From Vicugna vicugna (Eukaryota): 64,000 bases of DNA. Where the stretch lies: assembly GCA_013265495.1 (NCBI GenBank), contig MU063441.1:1506398-1570397 (forward strand), given 5' to 3'. The notes below the pieces were generated by a model. It searched no databases. It was not told the origin of the DNA and worked only from the letters and a program-made list of their open reading frames with translations. The position numbers and the translations under genes are program-made. Below, piece by piece: positions 55,780-64,000 of this stretch. Within the stretch, counting starts at the first letter, position 1; each line of letters starts with the position of its first letter.

Positions 55780-56100
55780 TTTTTTTATCGAAGTACAGTC
55801 AGTGTGTCAATTTCTGGTGTACATCATAATGTCCCAGTCATGTATATATACATATATTTGTTTTCATATTCTTTTTCATTAAAAGTTGTTACAAGATATT
55901 GAATATAGTTCTCTGTGCTATACAGAAGAAATTTGTTTTTAATCTATTTTTATATATAGTGGTTAACATTTGCACATCTCAAACTCCCAAATTTATCCCT
56001 TCCTACCCCCTCCCCCTGGTAACCATAAGATCGTTTACTATGTGAGTCTGTTTCTGTTTGGTAGATGAGTTCTTTAGTATCCTCTTTTTTTCTTTTTTCT
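55780..56100 (-). mobile_element. 5'-truncated L1 3' UTR
   Basis: TTTTTTATCGAAGTACAGTCAG...CATCTCAAACTCCCAAATTTATCCC. Confidence 0.85.
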
Positions 56101-56109
56101 GTTTTTAAT

Positions 56110-58506
56110 TCTTAATGGATGTAGTTTTACCATAACTGGCCATTTTTCTGCCTCAGGGTTTCTCTGCCACATCTGCGTGGGATATCTGAGCACTCTGTCA
56201 TTCTGATGAATGTTCAAAGCTGGAAGGATGAGAGTTACCACTCCATGAAATAAGTCTAGACTGTGGGGATAGAAATTGGTAGGTAATGCTACTCTTTTCC
56301 ATCCGCAGGCAGAGAATTTTGACATTCTAAATGATTCCTCTGAGGAACCATTCTAGAGAGTGAGTACATGCCTAAATAAAATGCTTGTATGCAAGCTCCG
56401 TCTCAGTCTCTGCTTATAGGGGAAACCCAGGCTAGGATAGTTGGTACATTAAGTAGCGCTAGTATTATTTTTCTAGCAGACATCAAGACAGGATTCTAGA
56501 AATGGCAATTCACTGGTCACAGTGATCACACCCCATTGCTGGTGGTAGGTGCTATAACCCTTGGCATGCAGTAGCATCAGTATAATTAAAACTTCTGTGA
56601 GGGGGTTCAGAAGTACAGAAGATAGTAAGCCTTTGGCTTGTAGAGTAACAGCATTGAGTAATATTGTGCCAATAATTGTGGAGTTGTCTCATTTTGTTAG
56701 CTGCTTTAGAAACTTTGAAAAAAGAAAACAGGCTCAGTTTTGCCACTTACCAATTCAGACCGTGCTGTGAAATTCAGAAAGCCTTCACGGCAGGACTGAC
56801 AACCGTATCTCCTGTAATCACCACACACAGGCACTGTCTTGTCCCTTGGTTATGTTAACTCTCCTGTTCTTTGTAACATTATAGTCTGAAGACCATGGAT
56901 TTCTTGACTTCCTGCAGAATGTCATCCTGGCACACTGTGTACTTGACATATGGCTAACTGGGCATGTTGAATAGGAACTAGGATGTACTCTGATGTCTCA
57001 GGACACGTGGGTTGTAGAGGGTGAGAGAGAAACTCCAGGAAGATTCAGGGGCCTGTCATACAGGTAAAGTGTATAGATATTCTGGAAAAATGAGACTCTG
57101 CATTTGGTAATCTTCTTCTGGGTTTTAGAAGTGGCTTTTGGGAATACTTCTCCGACTCATTTATTAGTGACTCAAAAGTTGACTATGTTTGAATGAGACC
57201 AGAGCAAGAGATGACTTTGAAGAGAAGCCAGCTTACCAGCACACCACTGGTTTGGGGGCCTGTCCTTCAGAATGCAGTATATGCACTGAAACAGTGGTTT
57301 ACCTTTTGTGATATATGGTGCTGTGTCCTCAATAACTAGAACATATGGGAATGGGAACCAAAGGTTACAGGGAGGACTGGCCCATCTTACCATTGCCCCA
57401 AGTGACCCTCTTTTGGAATTTGTGTTGCTTTTTCCTTGGCTCCACAGGAATAGAGGTCCTGCATCCTAGCAGGGAAATACTTCTACCAGAGGTAAGGATT
57501 CAAATGGCCTGAGTCTCCATTACTACCTTATCATTCAACTCCTAATGCTGTTGAACCATCAAACAAATACAAGAGTTATTGTACAGATGGGAATGACTGA
57601 TCCCGATTACCTGTGACAGAGATGTCAACAGTGGGGGCGAGGAGTACATCTGGAATCCAGGAGACCATCTTGCAGCTTGTATGTCCAGTCATGACTGTAG
57701 ATAGGTAACTGCAGCAACCATGATTAAACCACAGTAAAATGATTCAAAGCTTTGACTTCTCACCTCATGGATTTCTCACTAAGCAAGAAATCTGGAGCTA
57801 CTGAGTTATTGCCCAAGGATTAGGGAGATCTCAAATGCACGATGGAGGAGAGAAATAATGAACACCATGATAGCCTTGGGATGAGCTGCAGCAGTGGGCA
57901 CTATAGCTTGTTTCTCTGTGACCTGTTGGATTTGATGTGAACACAAGTAGGTCTGAGCGCTACCAGTGGTGAGCTGTACTGGATGACGCCCATGCTCTGC
58001 TTCCCAGTCTCCAGTCTCCAGCCCACCTTCCCATTCCAACTATTGCTGCGGCAATCCACTGCTTAGAGGTGTAATCTGACAGCCACTTGCCTCAGCTGGA
58101 TTGCCTGTCTCTTGCTTTTTGCCCTTGTGTTTTTCTGCAACCAGTATAGAACACTGGCAAGAACCAGTTCAGCCATTCCAAAGCATATAGGAGGAGTGAG
58201 AGAGTTATTACCATGGGGCAATTCTTGGCTAATAAAATTGGAAGCAGATGGATAAACACTTAAAAAATCACTCAGATGAGCAATTCTGAAACATAGGGCT
58301 CTTGAGAGGCTTCCCAGCGTGGCTGAGCCTCACAATCGGCTTGCTAACAACCCCCAGAACTGCCTTTCCCTCCTCTGAATTCTTCCCAGTCTCCTCCTGT
58401 TTCTAAGATTAATTTATAAAATCAGTGACTTAGACATCCACTTGACTCAGGTTCTGCTTTTTTTGTTGTTGTTGGGGGAGGGAGCTGGATAATGCAGGCT
58501 GAGACA
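56110..58506 (+). mobile_element. Ancient, internally deleted ERVL-class provirus (LTR16 / ERV3-16A3-like): 5' LTR remnant about 56110-56439, internal region 56440-57974, 3' LTR 57975-58506
   Basis: RT relic TVLSLGYVNSPVLCNIIV (56833-56886); decayed HYIDDI read as HCVLDI (about 56933-56950); dUTPase relic LLMLLNHQ..GMTDPDY (57536-57610); both LTR ends resemble ...TCAG..TCTGCTT..GGG..AAC...AGACA. Confidence 0.8.
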
Positions 58507-58999
58507 TGACCCCTTAAAGTAAGGAATGATTATGTGATGTATCTGGCCATGCTGGGGGGCACTTGAGATCCTTTGTGCGATTAATTACTCCTGCTTTTTC
58601 TTAGTTGTGGTCATTGTACAAACTTGTGTTGGTATGTAGCCATCTGGAATGTGGAGCCACTGTATGGAAGCTAGCTGCTCTGTAAGAGTGAAAATTGAAA
58701 TTTTGCTTAGTTATACCACAAACATTTTGGGGTTTGTTGGTGAGACATAACCTAGCCCATTCTGGCTAGTTTTGGTTTAACCATGAGTGAAACAGGGAGC
58801 AATATGAAGAAAGGCCACAATAGCACTAATATCTCCTTTTTTCATCCCTTCCTTACTTTTATGAAAGAAGGGTCTAAATTTGGTCTAAACTCTATTATGA
58901 GTTATTCCAAACATATTGGGAGGTACAGAGAGTTACCTAATTAAAATCCATGTCACGTAAAAGTTGTGATCAGAGAGAAGTGCTTCATTCTCCTACCTT

Positions 59000-59300
59000 T
59001 GAGGTAACTAGCATAATCACTTTTTTATTTTACATTTTTTCACTCCAATCAATGTTAGTATTTCTATTTGGAATGATTACCAAACAATATCATTTTGTAC
59101 GTTTCTGTATTTACATACTATCAACACTGTAGGCTACTTTTTGCAATGTGCCTTTTGTTTCTGCAAAAACAATGATTTGGGGGTTCTTGGGTTGATACTA
59201 GTGACTCTACTTCATTCATTTTTATAGCTATGTAACTATTTACATGGATATGCCATATTTTATTTATCCATTCTCCTGTCAGTAGGCATTTAGGTTGTTG
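59000..59300 (-). mobile_element. Old L1M fragment
   Basis: TTCATTCATTTTTATAGCT..TTTATCCATTCTCCTGTCAGTAGGCATTTAGGTTG. Confidence 0.6.
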
Positions 59301-61059
59301 ACAGAATTGAGTGAAGGTCTGAGCTATTCTTTTACCTTTTCTCTTGCTCCCCAGAGAAAGAGCCTTGTGCTTCATGCCCATTAAGGAGAATTAAACTACC
59401 TACCTTTGTGAGAACCGGCCCCGTGAAATACTGGGGCAGAGGCCAAACTGCTGTTGAGGTCTGAGTCAGCAGGAGGTGAGGAAGAGAGAAGGTCCTGTTA
59501 AGAACCGTTAAAAGTCTCTCAGTTGACTGGTTTAGGGGGTTTGAAAAAGACGTATGTTTTAGGAGAACCCTTGGCCAAATATCGGAGGAGACTCCCTTCT
59601 GCTTGTTGTTTTCCTAAGACACAGATTACCTTTTTAGAAAGTTCAAAATGCTAAGTCATCTGTCAGATGGGTTGTAACAGTATTTTTATTTTCCATTTAA
59701 GATAGCATTAAATAATCATCCAAGATTATTTCCATTGGGTTCTCAGGGTTCTGTTAAGTCTTCTTTGTTTAAATTGTTTTAATGGTTTCAACAAGAATGG
59801 AAATTCCTAACCCCCTTTCCCAGTCTTAGGACAAAATCATAGAAGTAATGTACGTATTTCATCAGACTTTGTGGATGTGGCCTGGATAGTGCTTCTCAAC
59901 AAAACGTGGCCAGTTTTCATGATTTATACCCATGTTGGCAGAAATGACTTGTTGCATATTTTCGTTTTCTTCTCTGGAACACTGCTGAGTGGGCTTCATT
60001 TGTTTGAGAATATTTGACAAGGGAGCAAGTGGGGAGATATTCCCATGATACAATGCAAGATAGAAAGACTGGAGACTACCTCATGTACTTTCCTCCTCTC
60101 TTTGGTAACCCTACATAAATGATCTCCTGGGAGTATAAGGACCTAAAGCTTGCCAGCTCCAGCACACTTCTTAGCAAGGCTATAAGTTCATAGATGAAGC
60201 CATTTGTCACATGGTGAATGGCCAGGAAGACCCCATTTCCTGCCCGCACAATATTGTCCTGAGTTCTTGAACACTTAGAAATTGGTGGTTCTTTTTACAT
60301 ATAAGTTAAATGTAAGTAAAACAGAATAGTAATGTCTTTTGAACAATGAGGAAGAGAAGGGGGAGGAAATAGATTGTGGTGCTTATAACAGAGGAGGTAG
60401 AAATATCAAAAACTGAGAAAGCTTCTCAGATTATATGGGACGCTTGTGGGATTCAGCTGTTGGTTTCTAGGCAGTGCCCCAGGGAGGTAGCAGAACCTCA
60501 GATGAGACCAAGAGCTGCTTACAGTGGATCTATGGATCTGACTTCCCTGTTTGGCAGAGATCGTGGTACTCAAGATGTCCAGCAAAACAGCAGTGTTTCC
60601 TTCATAGTGACCACAGAGCTTTTCAAGTGTGGCCTCATGAAAGGTTCTTGTTGAATGTTTTAGAATAAGTAAGACCCTGGAGTTCTTGCCTCACTTTAGA
60701 GAAGGGCCCCTCCAAATTACAATGAGATTGAATTTTTTGCTGGTCAAGAGTGTGAAGATTCAGAACAGACTTCAATAGATCTAGAGAAACAAAATATATC
60801 ATCTCTTTGTCTCAGAGCTGAAGAGTAAATTTCATACCTGCTATAGCTGAAAAAATGTAAACATGTTAATAAAAAGCTGAATATACACCTTGAAGCTATG
60901 GCATAGAGGAAAACGTATGGGCCTGATTCCACTAGACTCTAGCTAATCGATCAAGTTGGCACAAGTTCTGATGATAATGGTGCCCATCACATAGTAGATC
61001 ACATATTTTTTTAAAAAGCTATCAACAAGTCCCATCATGTCTACTTCTAAGGCGATTAT

Positions 61060-61560
61060 TATTATAATGATGGCAATAGATAACCTTTATTAAGCTCTTT
61101 CTCTGTGCCAAGGATGCTTCTGAACATTTTACACACATTATTACCTCATTTAATCCTAACAGAAATATTATGAGGAAGAGTGTATTAATAATCCAACCTT
61201 CCAGAAGACAAAATTGGCGCTCAGAGGCAAACTTGCCCATCTCTAATCCATTCACTCCCCTTTATATCTTTTGTCATCACTTTAATCCAGGCCCAGTCAT
61301 TTCTTTGATTACTTGACAGTCTCCTAATGACTTCCCTATATACTCTTGCCTGCCTTCTTTCCATTTCCCATAGGACAACCAGAGAGAATTTTTAGAAAGT
61401 ACATTGCATTCTGTCTCCTGATCCTTCAGGGACTTCCATTGCTTTCCTGTTCCAATGGTGGTCTGGACTCAGTTTGTATCTCCAGTGTATATCATCAGTG
61501 TATGGTCCCCAGTATGTAGTCACACTGTAGTTTTCCTTCCTTTGCTTACTGATTTTCAGC
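61060..61560. mobile_element. MIR (about 61060-61250, minus) followed by L2 (about 61260-61560, plus)
   Basis: TTACCTCATTTAATCCTAACAG..; CCAGGCCC..TTACTTGACAGTCTCCTAATG..CAACCAGAGAGAATTTTT. Confidence 0.55.
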
Positions 61561-62874
61561 CAAACTAGTCTTTTGATCTTGGGTGGGTAGAGTACTTTAG
61601 CATATCTAGGTCATTTTAAAAAAAAATACTTGGCCCTCGGAATAAACTTTTATAATATAACGTAGATGAGTCAAAAAATATGGCACATGAAATAAGATCT
61701 TTGTAAATATTAAAATTTAGGAAACAATAGTCTGAGTTCAGAGAGTTGGATTTTAAGAGAGTCCCTGTGTCTTCTGAGGGTTAGCTTTTTGCCTAGATAA
61801 GAAATGTTGGAATGGCAGAAGAGCAATTAGCAAAAGGGAAATTAAAAACTTGAAACAAGGACAGCTAAGTAGAAAGTTGATGTTGAATTGTCAATATTGT
61901 CAACCGTTAATCTGACTAAACTAGCATAAAACTGATTCATTTTCTATCCTGTTAATTGCTATAGGATGTAGTTACTAGTTTCTAGTCTAATGGCAAACGT
62001 TACAAATGCCTAAAAAGGCAGTGTTAAGTTATTTTTTCTCAAGTGTCTTTCAAGTGAATATAAAGATGATGGAAGATGGCCAACAGTCATTTAATTGACC
62101 ATTAAGTTATTAAAATGCTAATGAGGGAAACTCTTAACCTTCCAACCCATTGTACATAGGACAGTTTTCGTGTTAGTTGTTATGCTAAGAGGAAGCCAAT
62201 TTAATCCATTTAGGTGTTAACAGCACTCTTTATTTTGTTTCTCTATAAGAAGAAAAAGTGTATTTAATTTGATTGCATTTATTTTGCACATTTCATGGAA
62301 GACTTCCTTGCCTTCTGTCTGTAAAGAGGCATTATAAATAATTGAAGAGGGTGTCTTATACATGAGCAGGAAATGTGATCTAGCAAATGGAGCTATTAAA
62401 AATTTTTAGCATCTGTCCCACCTTTTGTCATTCGAACTATTTGGAGGAAAGGTTTCTACTTTTACTACTTATCCAGAGTACTAGGGGTTGATTGAAGTCC
62501 AGCAAGACTTCATTATAGAGGGGTGTCTAAAAGCCCAACAGAATTAAAGTGCTCAGTTTCAGGTTGGAGGAGCAGATATGAAGAGAAAGAAACAATGCTG
62601 TGGATTTGTTTAGCCACTTTTAAGACTTATCTTTGCATAAATGCTTATTTGCTTCCATTTTCTATACTTTTCTAAATCTATACCTACAGTTTTACACAAT
62701 AATAATTTCTTTCCATAATCCTGAAGTTGTAAAAGACAAACATACTGGACAGTTAAGGAGATGGTTTTATTCAAGCTATTGTAATAGAGTATGTTCATTA
62801 ATGAGTAATGTTAATGAGAAGTTATACCAGATGGAATTAAACAGGTAGAGAAGACTTTGTTCAAGACTGTGGCA

Positions 62875-62987
62875 ATGAAAATCAAAACTATAATGAGGTA
62901 ACACCTCACACCAGTCAGAATGGACATCATCAAAAAAATCTACAAATAATTGCTGGAGAGGGTGTGGAGATAAGGGAACTCTCCTAC
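62875..62987 (+). mobile_element. Internal L1 ORF2-end fragment without 3' UTR or poly(A)
   Basis: ATGAAAATCAAAACTATAATGAGGTAACACCTCACACCAGTCAGAATGG..TGCTGGAGAGGGTGTGGAG; 5 mismatches in 53 nt against the reverse complement of 54295-54347. Confidence 0.85.
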
Positions 62988-62989
62988 CC

Positions 62990-63170
62990 TGCTCTACCCA
63001 CATCCTCTTTCAGCAAATGCTCCATTTCTCTGCTCTCTCTTTACTAAAACTCCTTGAATGAGTTGCCTTTATTACTGTCGGATTCCTTTCTTCCCATTCT
63101 CTCGTGTGTCTACTCCAATCAGGCTTTTATCTCTGCCCCTTCACCTAAAAGTTCTGGTCAAGGACATTAC
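62990..63170 (+). mobile_element. L2 fragment
   Basis: AAAACTCCTTGAATGAGTTG..CTACTCCAATCAGGCTTT..TCTGGTCAAGG. Confidence 0.5.
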
Positions 63171-64000
63171 TATTTTAAAGGAGACAAGACTCTTTGAAGG
63201 AATTTAGCAGAGTCATGAGATGTATTACATCTTTATCAATAAAGGGAGAAGGAAATCTACAGCTCTTTTGGCTTAGAATGCCCCATTTTTGTTTAAGCTT
63301 TTAGAAAATAGAAATATTTTAATATCACTACCATGATAAAAAATTATCCAAAACCCAAAAACTTTTAGGTACAGGTACTATTTCTCAGAACATTAGAAAT
63401 AATCTCTTCAGCAATATGTTGGCACACTTTTAATATAGTTTTGTAAATAATACTTTAAGGACATTTTTATAATTGGATAAATAGAAGAGAATCATACATT
63501 CATACAAGACTTCACATAGGACAGGAAAGTAAGATGAACCCTTTTGCAGATGTTTTCAAGTTACTACCTTATCTTAGGTGGTTTTATGATACAGAATACT
63601 GTCTGCTTTCCTGTTGCTCTAGAGGAAGATAGAACATTCATCATTAAGATTCTTTTCACCATTACTTGGGAAGACTCAGTTTCAAGGGTAAGCACTGAAA
63701 TTAACATAGTTTGAACTAAAGAAAAAAGCAGGCCAAAGAATATTTAAATATAATATTGAAGGATAAATGGTAAAAGAATTTTAAAAAATTGGATTGAAAA
63801 GTACATACTATAGTGATTTGTATTTACAGTCACTGATAAGCTTTAAGTGGCAGAATAAGGTCAGTTACTGTCCTTTCCTGATCTGTCAGCAGCACTGGGC
63901 ACATTTTATTTCTCTCTTCTCCTTGAGACATCGCTCTTCTTGAGACAGATTCTTAACTTCAGGACACATTCTCTTCCTTGCCTTCCTATTGTGCTGGCCA

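Noticed and set aside
48100-64000. Orthologue of the human distal first exon (MLWSWSE)
   Set aside because: I found no matching minus-strand sequence by eye; it may lie beyond the window or not be conserved.

Overview
Mammalian genomic DNA, most likely from a camelid (camel, alpaca or llama): it carries several Vic-1-type tRNA-derived SINEs, and I saw no Bov-, CHR- or PRE-type SINEs. The window holds one complete protein-coding gene, GC (vitamin D-binding protein / group-specific component, albumin family), on the minus strand at about 15780-48064. I reconstructed all 13 exons by hand. All 12 introns are GT-AG. The 12 coding exons total 1422 nt and give a 473-aa precursor ([16 protein letters not shown]|[16 protein letters not shown]...[12 protein letters not shown]) with all 28 mature-chain cysteines. 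The supplied ORF track catches only a few of these exons; most of its other ORFs are spurious. The rest of the window is intronic or intergenic DNA with L1, L2, MIR, MaLR/ERVL and ERV1 LTRs, DNA transposons and three N-runs. I found no RNA genes, no CRISPR arrays and no new multi-gene system. The most useful leads are: shifted glycosylation sites in this GC relative to human (N86-R-T gained, N288 lost, P435A between the O-glycosylated threonines); a conserved in-frame splice acceptor in the 5' UTR; a candidate poison exon in intron 11; HNF1/HNF6 motif clusters; an intact solo LTR upstream of the promoter; a two-LTR ERVL skeleton with readable RT and dUTPase relics; a perfect hairpin that looks like a template-switch product; and a poly(A)-less internal L1 fragment. 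Repeat subfamily names and human comparisons come from memory, not from a database search.
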